The notes below the pieces were generated by a model that ran no database searches, had not been told where the DNA came from, and saw only the letters and a list, made by a program, of their open reading frames with translations. A DNA stretch of 64,000 bases from Selaginella moellendorffii (Eukaryota; Plantae; Lycopodiophyta): NCBI RefSeq assembly GCF_000143415.4, contig NW_003314339.1, positions 613,751-677,750 of the forward strand, read 5' to 3'. The position numbers were made by a program, and so were the translations under genes. Shown here in pieces: positions 23,101 to 33,956 of the stretch; positions within the stretch are counted from its first letter, which is position 1; each line of letters begins with the position of its first letter.

Positions 23101-25020
23101 TACTAAATGTAGGCAGAATATTTGAAATGGTTACATGTTCAATATAAAATGCAACCATTGATCTGCTACTGTCAGGTAGTGTACGTAAATCTTAATTGAC
23201 AGCACATCTTCCTTTCTTACTTACAGGTGCCTTTTATTCTTTCTGCGGAAGCCAAGAGCCGAATATTACAAGTAAGCGCAAAACTACTTTTCTGGATTGT
23301 GTTCACGTTCTTTCGCAGGTTGAAGCGAATATTCAAAAGCAACATATTGTGCAGGCATCCATGATTGAGCATATGCTTGGGAATGCATCGGCTAGTCCCT
23401 TCTTGGTTCTTCAGGTAAGATGGATAGCTTCCACGTTGTCAGTACTTTTTCTTACTGAAAATTCTACAGGTGAGAAGAACCTCTCTTGTACAAGACAGTT
23501 TGCATCAGCTGTCTTTACATCATTACGAGCTGAAAAAGCCACTCATGGTCAGAAGACATTTCTCGTAACCATCGTTTCTTACTGACAAAGAGTACAGGTT
23601 ATATTTGAGGGAGAATCAGGCGTGGACCAAGGAGGTGTCACAAAGGAGTTTTTCCAGCTTCTGGTTCGCGATCTCTTCAATGTTGGCTATGGTGAGGTTG
23701 TTATCCTTGGAATGAAGGCCGTAACTTTTATGGACAGGGATGTTTACATACAGCGAGGAGTCACGATACTTTTGGTTCAACTCCAATTCTATGGAGACAG
23801 ATCTTGAATTTCAGCTGGTACAAAAGCTTGCATTTTGCCGTAGCTTTATAGATCGTTCTGTAGGTTGGAATTATTTTGGGACTGGCGATTTACAACGGTG
23901 TCATTCTGGACGTTCACTTTCCACTTGTAAGTGTGTGATGTTTAAGACTCGAGACTTTAAGTTCTCCAAATTTTACAGGTAGTATACAAAAAGCTTCTGG
24001 GGATCGATCCTCGGCTCCAGGACCTACGGGATTTGCAGCCTCAAGTTTACAGGAGTCTTAACAGCCTTTTGTCCATGGAAGAGATCGAGTCAATGGACTT
24101 GTATTTCGAGGTAGCTGTTTATGTATTTTGAAGCAGGCTTTTAACCCGGCCTTTGTGACTGTGGTGGAAGGTTTCATATGACTGTTTTGGAGAGATCAAA
24201 ACACATGAACTCATACCAAACGGCTCGTCCGTGCAAGTTACAGGCGAGAACAAACAAAGGTAAGCTTTCAAATTTGCATCACCAAATTCATACGCTTGCT
24301 CATTACAGATATGTTGATCTATACGTCAATTACCTGCTTGAAACATCAATCGCGACCCAGTTTTCTGCCTTTAAGCGGGGCTTCCTTCAGGTTGGCATTG
24401 AATGTTTCTTTGTGTCTGAGCTGGATCGTTTCTCTCTTTCTCGTCCAGGTTTGCGGTGGACCGGCCTTACGCCTTTTCCAGTATGAAGAACTAGAGCTGC
24501 TCATCTGTGGTTTACGTCACTACGACTTCGATGTCCGTGAGACCGATTACTCACTCACACTAAAACTAAAGCCTTGAACCATGGTTTTCTCCAGGCACTG
24601 GAACGAGGAACGACGTACAAAGGAGGCTACACGAAGGACAGCAATGTCATTCAGTGGTTTTGGAACCTGGTAAGCCTTTCGTTCTTTCCTCTAGATCTCT
24701 AAGTTATAAACCCTAGGTGAAAGAGATGAGCGTCGAGGAGAAGAAGCAGCTCCTCTTCTTTACCACCGGAAACGATCGCGCACCCGTGGGAGGCCTGGGA
24801 AGCTTAAAACTTATAATCCAACGCAATGGAGATGATACTGAGAGGTAAGTTTCCATCTTTCCTACTTACGCTTTCTTAACTTACTCTACTTTTTACCAGG
24901 CTCCCGACGGCTCATACGTGTTTTAACATTTTACTTCTCCCGGAGTATAGCTCCCAAGAAAAGCTGGCTGACCGGCTTAAGCTGGCAATTTCGAACTCCA
25001 CAGGCTTTGGCTTGCAATGA
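20188..25020 (+). CDS. RCC1-repeat + HECT E3 ubiquitin ligase (small-HERC-like architecture), many exons
   Basis: About 7 RCC1 blades ([44 protein letters not shown]) at ~20250-21770. HECT domain ([61 protein letters not shown]) at ~23470-25020. Confidence 0.92.
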
Positions 25021-25090
25021 TACTTAAGTAACGAGCCTTTGGAATAGAAACTATTTTAATTTTAGGGTTGTAACTGGAGAGTACGAGGCT

Positions 25091-27319
25091 ATGGAGCAGC
25101 AATGGATCGATGCGCCGCCACCGCCGCCGCTGCCGCCTCCACAGCAGCCGCCGCCTCCGCCATGGCAGCCGCAATTGGATCGTCCTCTCCAGCAGCAACA
25201 ACATGGTCAGTTTTATGCACAGCAAGATCAGGTAACCCCTATTGTTTGCTGCTTGCTTGATGATTCCATTCCATTATCCATCCCACGCTATGGCACCATT
25301 TTATCCGAGAGATTGTTTCTCGCTTCTTCTGTGTGGCATGAGAGATTAGAAATCCTCTTCTCTGGTCTTACGAGTGTCGCCTTTTTCGTAGGCTTCCTCT
25401 GGATTGACTCAAGGTAGTGTGCGGTGACGTTTGGTTGTGGGAGGGATTTGGCTCACATTGTCTTCCAGCTGTGGATTGGGCCGCCAAAGCCAAGGCTTGG
25501 ATGAGCGCAAAATCTGCTGAGGGACGTATGAAAGCTGTAGCTCTGGATCCTCCTCCGGAAAGCTTGCAGCAGCCAAACGGAGGTAACTTTGGCTGCCATG
25601 ATCGATCACTCACACTCAACGTTTTCCTCTCGGTGTTTTTCGGTAGCAGCATTTTCTCCGCACCCTCACTTCTTGCCTCGGCCTCCAGAACTGCAACCAC
25701 GTCCAGCGCAAGTGTTACACCGTCTTTCTAGCGTCGATCCCTCGCAACATGGCTTCTCTGGAAGTCCATCAGGTGTTGTGTGGAGCGTTACTCCGACCAT
25801 GCCGCTTCCACCTTCTCAAGTATGTCTTTTTTCGCTGTTCCCGCTCTTTTTTTTTTTCTTCTCAGGCTTGTTTCTCATTGACCAGACTTTTCATCCCATT
25901 CAGCAACAGCCAACGTTTCCGAGGCTCCACGGCGTGGCATATCGACCAGCATTTGCTTTTGGAGCTAGTCCAGCTGTTCCAGTCGTTGATCCCGCGCAGC
26001 AAAAGAAGGTGCGTGAACAAGGGAAAAGGAATACCGCTCTTGTTCATCTCTTAATATACAGGCACCCGTTCCTTCTTGGCTGAGGGAGGAACTGAAGAAA
26101 AAGGTGAGGACGCCATCACTTGGCCCTGTCACGGACGTGACGAGAAAAAATACTTCGGAGGTTCTGAGGCCTGGCATAGACAGCACGCCAGTTTCGCCAG
26201 GTGGAAGTGAAACAGAAGGAGATGATGAGGTACTGCAAAAAAGGCATCTCACTGTTTTACGTGGACTTGCTCGTGACTTGCAGGACGATGCTGAAAGTGC
26301 TGCCACTTCTGTGATCAATCAAGAGATAAAGAGAGTTCTAACTGACGTTCTTTTGAAGGTATAATTAATTTATCATTTCCTTACTTTGCATCATCCATTT
26401 CAAACAGGTGACGGACGGGCTTTTCAATGAAATAGCACAAGAAATATTTGACGAGGAAGAGGTGAAGTCCCACGGTACGAGTTCTATGTTACTTTAGTTT
26501 TGTGCTGATTTAAAAATGGATTTTGTGAAGCCTCGGAAAAGAGGGAGACGGACAACATCCCGGCACCCAGTGCAGCTCCTGCCAGAGTTGTAGTTGCTGC
26601 TGGCGATGGTGAGGAAGCAGAGATAGATACGAACTGCGCGGGGAATTTCCTTGGCCTTGCAAGCTACGATTCAGATGACGACCAGACAGAAAAGAACGAC
26701 AAGAAGTCCACCAGCAGAGACACAGAACATGCTAAGGTGCCAAATAGTGAGAACCCTGTGGTTGCGGACCATCTCAAAACACAGGAAAAGTCTACTGGTC
26801 GTGAGCAGCTGCTGGCAAGGGATTCAGAACGCAACAAAGAGAATGAAGGTGACCCAAAGCTGAAGGAGAAGAAATCAAGAAAGGACAGGCGAACTGAACA
26901 TAATCTGAAGGGAAAGAGATACGAGCGCCATACTCCACGAAGTCGAAGCAGAAGCAGGAGTTTCTCTCCCAGGCGCTCCAGAAGTAGGAGCCCAAGTCGG
27001 AGAAGGTGTGTGTGTGTGATATTTAAAGTTCCGTGTTTGGAGCTGACAAATGTTCATGTCAGGAGTGACAAGCGACGGAGAAGCAGGTCTCGGTCGCCCA
27101 GACACTCTCAAAGGTTGGTTTTAGACATCGTGCAAACACTGACATCTTGCGTGCGTGTTTTAGAGATTCATCGCGTTCCTTCTCACGGTCCACTTCTTCT
27201 CCTCGTGAAGCTCGGAGGTACGTTTTTTGCCTTTTCCTTCTTAGTTTTATGTTGGAACCTTACTTAGACACAAGCACTCGAGGTCAAGGTCACCTGGACA
27301 CTGGCACAGTAGGAGATAG
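25091..27319 (+). CDS. PNISR (SFRS18)-like Pro-rich/RS-domain splicing-associated protein
   Basis: VDWAAKAKAW, VPSWLREELKKK, IKRVLTDVLLKVTDGLFNEIA, LGLASYDSDD, and a C-terminal RS tract. Confidence 0.7.
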
Positions 27320-27517
27320 ATGAATCAATGGTAAGCCATCCCGGCTTTACGGTTTTGAAGGTCACTTTGTCTGCAGTATGTGATTGCCGTTGCAAAATGT
27401 GGTGAGGTAATTAAGTGTCTTTTTTAGCTGTTAACTGACCTTGTTCTGTCTCAGGAATATCCATATCTCAAGTCTGAGGTTCTTGTTTGAGGATTCGGGG
27501 AAAGTGTTTTAACAGGC

Positions 27518-28262
27518 ATGTCATCGAGGTCCTTGTTCTGGTGGTGCAATCCTGTATGCAGCAGGCAATTCTCCGGCCGTTTTCCTGTTGCTTGCTGTCG
27601 ATTGGCCTTAAGGCAAGAACATACCCAGAGGATGATTGCAAGGGGATGGAGATGGGAGGAAAGTGAAGCTTTTGAGGAGAGTTTCAGCGATGCCGTGGAC
27701 ATGTTCAACAAGAGGGATTATTACAAGTGCCACGACATATTTGAGGCGCTCTGGAATGACGCAGAGGAACCTCAGCGAACTCTTCTTCATGCTTTGCTGC
27801 AATCTTCGGTTGGACTCTACCATCTTCTCAACCAGGTAAAGCTTTTTATCACAAGCTCAAAGAAAAGAACTAACACAGCTGTGCTCGGTGTAGAACTATA
27901 GAGGTGCTATGGTAGAATTAGGAGAGGGAGTATCAAAGTTTGGCAAGCTAAAGCTGAAGAAGGGACCATTCTACGAATTTGACAAGGAAATGAGAGCTGT
28001 CTTGGACTTTTTGTACAATACTCAACTGGAGAACGCAGCTTGCAATGATGATTTTTGTATTACGATGGATGGTTCCCAAGAAAATTATCAACTCTTGGGC
28101 AACTTTGGCGCGGGCGAAGAGTTGTACAAATTGGAAAAAGATGTAGCAGGTTATGGACACAGCCTCATATTTTCACCAACGAGAGTTGAACAAAAGAACA
28201 GCAGTCCAAGTGTGAAACTTCCAATATTACTTGCATGTGAAGGGGATTTGAATGAGTTGTAA
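27518..28262 (+). CDS. DUF309 family protein (2 exons)
   Basis: AVDMFNKRDYYKCHDIFEALW...LHALLQSSVGLYHLLNQNYRGAMVELGEG. Intron ~27836-27893. Confidence 0.85.
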
Positions 28263-28700
28263 TAGCTTGAAGTTTTTTATATTGGAACATAAAATACTTT
28301 GGAATATGAAAATTTACATTTTGAAGTTTCACTTTTATATTGAAATGGAAAGGCGCGGCGGTGGAAATATGATCAAGGGAGAAAGGAAGAAAAGGAACAT
28401 TTTCATGTTCATCCTAGAATTGAGGCCACATCCACTTTGACATACCAGATCGCAAGAAGAATATAGTTACCTATACCAAGCGGGCTCTTTCAAAGTTGGC
28501 GAGAAGCTGTTAGGTCAGTAAACGGTGGCTGCTAGATCGGCTGGAATTCGCCCCAGGAGTTGCTGCCAGCTTTATAGTTGATGCATTTCTTCCTTGGCAA
28601 CCAAAACTCGAACTCTGCTTAAAAAACCGACCCTTTTAGAAAGAGAGAAATAATCCAAGAAAACAGCTCTAGGGTTTTAGGAGAGGGAGAAGGAGAAGCG

Positions 28701-30305
28701 ATGAAGGCCTTGGTTTTCGAGGTGTGGGACTTGATGATCTGTGAGACTCGGCCGAGTTCCAAGCTGCCCGAGTCGTCCAAGATACGCCTGGATACCGGCA
28801 AGTCCAAGACGCTTATCAAGCGCCCTCATCTGGATGCGTTTCTCAAGCGCATGGCGGAGCTGTTCGTGCTGATTCCCTACACCACTCGCTCGCGGGGCGT
28901 CACTGACAAGGTGCTGGACGCGCTGGAGCCGGATGAGCACCGCTTCTCGCACAGGTTCTTCCTCGATTCGTGCGGCAATGGGATCCATGGCAAGACCAAG
29001 GACTTGAGGATCCTGCAATGGCCCATGGACCAGGTGATCGCTGTGGACGATTCGTGCTCCAAGTACGACAGCCACTCCGACAACGTTGTGATCATCCCAA
29101 CGTTCAGTCGGACTGATCTGCGGAAGGACCGGGTGCTGCTGGATCTTATGCCGTTTCTCGAGGGTCTTGCCAAGCGCGAAGTCGAGGACGTGAGGCCGGC
29201 CATCCGTGCGAGGTTTTTCGAGAACTTCCCGGTCGCGAAGAAGGGTAATCGGAAGCGGATGTTCGAGATGGTGCTCGAGAAGAATGTTCGGCCGGTGGAG
29301 ACGGTTCTAGTTGATGATCCGCCAATAGAGGACAAGAATGTGGTCGATCTGGATCCGGATGAGGAAACGAATGTGGTGGATCCGGTTGAAGCGATGGAAA
29401 CGAAGGTAAGTGATCTGGTGGAAGCGATGGAAACGAAGGTGAGTGACCAGGATGAAGTGGAAGAGATGGAAACGAAGGTGAGTGACCAGGATGAAGTGGA
29501 AGAGATGGAAACGAAAGTGAATGATCAGGACGAGCCAGTGGAAACGAAGGCGAGCGATCGGGAAGAGCCAGTGGAAGAGAGGGTAAAGAAGGTCCGCTGG
29601 CTCATTCCAGAGATGGAAAAGAATCGGGAAGAGCCAGTGGAAGAGATGGAAAAGGTGGCGAAGAAAGAGACGCGGAGGAATGAGCAACCGAGTGAAAGAG
29701 GGAGGATCAAAGCACTCGGCCGCGCGCTGCTAAAGGTTTTGCGTCAGCCAGTTCTTCATCCCAACTTGGAGATGCGACCCGACGGTTTTTGCAAGCTCGA
29801 GGAGCTGCTGGAGCTGGATTTCATGACAAAGTCAGGTGTACCTCTCAGCTCCCACACTGCTGCCGAGGCGATCAAGGCGGTGGACAAGCTGACTAAAAAG
29901 TTGGCCAAGATGGTGGACGAAACCGGAGCGCTTTACATCGGAGCACTCCAGGAACCAGTGGCACCTAATGGTGAGACCGAGCAGCTGTTCCAGAAGATCG
30001 AGAAGTCCCCGGTTTGTGTCTACGGCACATCCAAGCAGGAACTGGAGGAGATCATGAAGAATGGCCTCACGGCTTCGAGCTCGAACCCGATGTACCTGGT
30101 GATGGCAGTGCCGGACGCGGAGATCGCGAGTAGCATGCGCAACTCCAGCGAGGTTCTCATCACCGTCAACTTCCAGAAAGCTCGCAAGGACAGGAGCATC
30201 GAGTTCTACACGTCAGAGAATGGCTTGATCTTCAGCAGTGGCTCCATACTGGTCAAGTACTTCAAGCAGGTGGTGGAGCTGCCAAGCAACAAAGTGCTGC
30301 TCTAG
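28701..30305 (+). CDS. Intronless fusion: FCP1/SCP (NIF) HAD-phosphatase-like domain + acidic repeats + tRNA 2'-phosphotransferase (Tpt1/KptA)-like domain; both catalytically degenerate
   Basis: Intact 534-aa ORF. NIF: KRPHLDAFL..MAELF, HRFFLDSC, KDLRIL, DRVLLDLMPFLEGLA..DVRPAI. Tpt1: RIKALGRALLKVLRQ, MRPDGFCKLEELL, LSSHT, PVCVYGT, EFYTSENGLI. Confidence 0.85.
   Translation: MKALVFEVWDLMICETRPSSKLPESSKIRLDTGKSKTLIKRPHLDAFLKRMAELFVLIPYTTRSRGVTDKVLDALEPDEHRFSHRFFLDSCGNGIHGKTKDLRILQWPMDQVIAVDDSCSKYDSHSDNVVIIPTFSRTDLRKDRVLLDLMPFLEGLAKREVEDVRPAIRARFFENFPVAKKGNRKRMFEMVLEKNVRPVETVLVDDPPIEDKNVVDLDPDEETNVVDPVEAMETKVSDLVEAMETKVSDQDEVEEMETKVSDQDEVEEMETKVNDQDEPVETKASDREEPVEERVKKVRWLIPEMEKNREEPVEEMEKVAKKETRRNEQPSERGRIKALGRALLKVLRQPVLHPNLEMRPDGFCKLEELLELDFMTKSGVPLSSHTAAEAIKAVDKLTKKLAKMVDETGALYIGALQEPVAPNGETEQLFQKIEKSPVCVYGTSKQELEEIMKNGLTASSSNPMYLVMAVPDAEIASSMRNSSEVLITVNFQKARKDRSIEFYTSENGLIFSSGSILVKYFKQVVELPSNKVLL
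29340..29660 (+). repeat. In-frame 30-39-bp coding repeats (VEEMETKVSDQDE-like)
   Basis: Repeated gaagagatggaaacgaaggtgagtgaccaggatgaagtg units. Confidence 0.85.
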
Positions 30306-30462
30306 CTCCGGCCAAGGGGCCTCGGTTCTTAAGAGTAGTTAGATCTTTTCTCAAGTCTTGGAACGAATCTATAAGAAAGTTTTCTAGATATTTAATCAAT
30401 CAGTCTTCGATTGGCTTCCAAAAAAACGAAACATAAGAGAAAAAACGTCCTCATACCATAAG

Positions 30463-31178
30463 CTACTCTTCCTCCGCGATCGTCCCCTTCTCGCTCACGT
30501 AGATACCATCCAAGAACTTCCTGATGTCCTTGTTCTTCACATGGCATTTCTGGCAGCAAAAAAAAGAAGAAACATCACCTCTGAAAAACTGATATTTGCT
30601 TCTTCTCTCATCTCATACCTGGTTGATGAGAGCAGCGGATCTCGAGACAAGCTCGATGTCATTCCCCTCGAGAACAAGCTCGTCCTTGACCTTCTCTGTC
30701 CTGGTCACTGTGACGCCGGGGAGCATGTCCACGGTTCTCACCTGGAAAACAAGCACAAGCAATGGTGGTGGTGGTGTCAAGCCCAGCAGGAAGAAATCTG
30801 GAAGAAAACACTCACTCTCTTCTCGCCCAGAAAGTTGCGGATCTCGATGTTCTGCTTGGTGGCCGAGATGTTGGCGTTGATGGGGAAATGAGCGTAGACG
30901 AACCTCATCTTGTACTGGAAGCCCTTGGTCACTCCCGTGATGAGATTCTTGACGTGGCTCACGGCAGTGCGGATGGCAGCGATGGTCTTGCGCGATCCGA
31001 ACCAGGCCTCCACCTTGAGCTTCCTCCCATTCTCCAGCATCTGGAAATCCAGGTTGAGATGCTTGAAATTCCGGAGGAGAACGCCGCGGGGCCCCGACAC
31101 GCGGATCTGCTTCGCCCTGATCTCCACCTTCACCCCCTCGGGGATGTCCATCGTCTGCGAGGACAGGATCGTCTTCAT
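30463..31178 (-). CDS. RPL9: 60S ribosomal protein L9 (uL6), 3 exons
   Basis: [16 protein letters not shown]...[13 protein letters not shown]...[18 protein letters not shown]. Telo-boxes upstream at 31222-31240. Confidence 0.97.
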
Positions 31179-31329
31179 GGCGCTCCTCCCTCGCTCCTCC
31201 CCAAGAATGCAAGACGGCCTGCCCTAACCCTAAACCCTAAAACTCAAATCCTCAATGGAGTTTTAATCGAGGCCGTTGATCAAAGTATATTCTCCTCCTC
31301 TTGAAAATCGGCTCTCTCTCTCCTCTCGC

Positions 31330-33904
31330 TCACAGGAGCGACGAGCCGAGCTGGAGCATGAGAGGATAAATGGGAGTGAATTGCTTGTCGCCGCGAGCTC
31401 TCACCTTGGCCGCGTAATCGTCCAGCGTTCCCTTCACTTCTTTCCACACGTCTTGTTCGCTGTGCGTGTCCAGCCACAGCGAGTACTGCGACGCCGAGAG
31501 CTTGGATCTCTTCATCGGGGACTCGAGCTCGTCCGGCGCCCGGCTGTAGAGATGGTGAAACACCACACTCGCCGGCAGCTCCTGCAGCAGTGGGCTGCTC
31601 GCGATCTGGTTCGTCTCCAGGAAGATGAAAGGCCTGAATGCCCGCAGCGCTCGGTATGGAGCACCAAGTTGCTCCACGGGAAAGAGGTTCTGTGCCACAA
31701 GGAGCTCCAGCTCTGCCATGTCTCTCGCCATGCTCAGCTTCCCAGCCTCCGATAGCGGTCTCACCAGGGCAGCGTGTCTCACGAACAGGACGAGCACCCT
31801 GGAAGCCATCTTCCTCACGAAGTTGATCGACACCGACTTGGGATTCCCGGAGCTAGAGCCTGTCAAGAGCTTGGACAGGAACTCGGACCTGAAGTGAGTC
31901 GCGGCCTCTTGGATCTCCTGCATGTACTTGGGCCTCTCGTCGTCCACTGTCATATCCGAGTTGAAGTCCAGGCCTTGCATCTCTAGGATACTCTTCTCCA
32001 GTCTCTCCGCCATCGCCTTGAACAGCGGATTCACCGTGTCCACTGCCACGCCGTAGACAGCCCCGAGCGACGGAGAGAGGATGTCAGCGGCGGATGGCGA
32101 TAGGCCTGTCATCATTGAGCTCAATCTGTGATGGATGTCTTGCAAGTGATGGCACAGCGCAAAGTTCTTGAGCTGCGATGGCGTGGCTGGACCGGTCACC
32201 TGACGAGCATCAGGACCTGTTGCAAGCTGATAGAACAGCCCAAGTGAGCCTAAGACAAGGAAAGGCGGAAGAACAAGCTCACCTGGTACTCGGCTTTTTC
32301 AGCGAAGAGTTGCACAGACTTCCCAACTTCTTTAAGCACCATGAGCGTCAACCTGGCATCCAGCTTTGCAGCCTCAACCTCCTCCTGGATCCGTGCCACC
32401 AGCTTCGCAATCGGCTCCTCTGAAGTCGGAAGGCGAAGGAGAGTGGACGAAGCAAACATGTTGTTGACAAGGTCCGTGAGTCGTGCAAGTGTCTGGCCAA
32501 GGTACGCATTCTGGAACGGTTCCAGCGTCGTCACAAGCTGCTGTCTGTCCGCGTCCTTGATCGCCGGGGACGCACCTTTAACTTCCGTGTCGCGGACAAG
32601 CCTCTGGAGAAAGTTGTCCGCCACCCCGAGCAGCTTGGGATATCCCAGCACGAAGATCTCCTTGACAAAGCTCGATGAAGTGAACGCCGACTTCATCTGG
32701 CTGGCAAATGCCTTGACAATAGCCTCCCACACCCTCTCGGTCAGCGAGGCATCTCCAGCCTGCAAAGCCACACATTCGTGTTCAGTCACAAAAACTAAGA
32801 AGAACCTTGCCAGCAAGCAAAGCTTTCCTCTACCTGGACAACTTCATCGATGAAGCTGGCGTGAGAAACCGGATCCCTCTTCTTGATCATGACTCGCTCC
32901 AAGTGCCACACCGCCACCAAGATGGAGTGAAGCTGCTCCATGCATTGCCCAAGTCTCTGCCACAACCCATCCCTGGCCCTGGATCCAGCTCCCAGCTGCG
33001 GCGTCCCACTCCTGTGAGCTCCCCCTGGCCCCGCTGGGCCTGTGGCCGCCGCCGCCACGCTCGCGGAGATGGCCTTCATGTCGAGAGCACTCGCAATGCT
33101 CTTGACCGCCTGGCTCTTATACTTCTGGATCACGCTCTCCACTGTCGGCCGGAGCTCCCCGAGGTTGAAGTAGACTTGGAGCGCGGCACCAACTTGAGCT
33201 TGGTTGAAAGCTTTCATGCCAGCTTCCAGGCTCCGCATGGCCTCGCTCCGGATCTTGGTGCCAGCCTCCTTGAGCCAGGCCAGCTCCGAGTCCACCACCT
33301 CGATCCCGGAGAGATCAGCGTCACTGCGGAGCCCCTCGATCTCGCTCCACAGCTGCGCGGCCTTGGAGAGATCGGTTGGCTTGGAGGAATCGACGACGAG
33401 CTCGCGGAGGCGCTTGAGCTGCTTGAGCACGCGCACCACGGCGCGCAAGAGCTCCACGGTGGTGTGGAGGCAAGAGAGCTGCGTGGACTTGGATCGAATG
33501 CTCTTGTATGGCTCCGCTACCTCGGATCTCACCCGGCGCACGGAATTCTCTAGGCTCCCAACCCCGATCTTCACCACGCCCAGCGCGCCCTCCATGTCCT
33601 TGACGCTGCTCAGCTGCTGGACGAGCTCACTGTGGCGCAGCACGACCTCCCGCCTCAGCTGCTTCTCCAGCAGCGCCATGCCCTGCTCCACCTTCTCGGC
33701 CGACGCCGCGGCCGAGCCACTGCGCAGCGCATCGCTCGCGAACTGCGTCGCGTTGAAATCCTCCGACACAAACCTGCACAGCACCGGATCCCGGGCCATC
33801 TCGGCCAATGCATCCACCTCGGCGCCGCCAGCATCCTCCTCCTCGTGCTCGCGATCTCGAAACGAGGCAGATCGCATCCTGGGCGTACCCTGTTGGATCG
33901 GCAT
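31330..33904 (-). CDS. COG5: Conserved oligomeric Golgi complex subunit 5
   Basis: FVSEDFNATQFAS..., KKRDPVSH, LGYPKLL, FVRHAALVRPLSEAGKLSMARDMAELEL, LGAPYRALRAFRP. Confidence 0.92.
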
Positions 33905-33919
33905 TGTCACTCCCACCAC

Positions 33920-33937
33920 AAACCCTAATTAGGGTTT
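33920..33937. promoter_or_regulatory. Palindromic double telo-box (AAACCCTAATTAGGGTTT) between divergent COG5 and RlmN-like genes
   Basis: Perfect 18-bp palindrome in a 52-bp ATG-to-ATG spacer. Confidence 0.65.
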
Positions 33938-33956
33938 ATCCAAGAAACAGGGGACA

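Noticed and set aside
32807-33932. Long plus-strand ORFs opposite COG5 (and similar antisense ORFs over GATL and RPL9)
   Set aside because: Antisense shadows of GC-rich coding sequence with no recognisable motifs.
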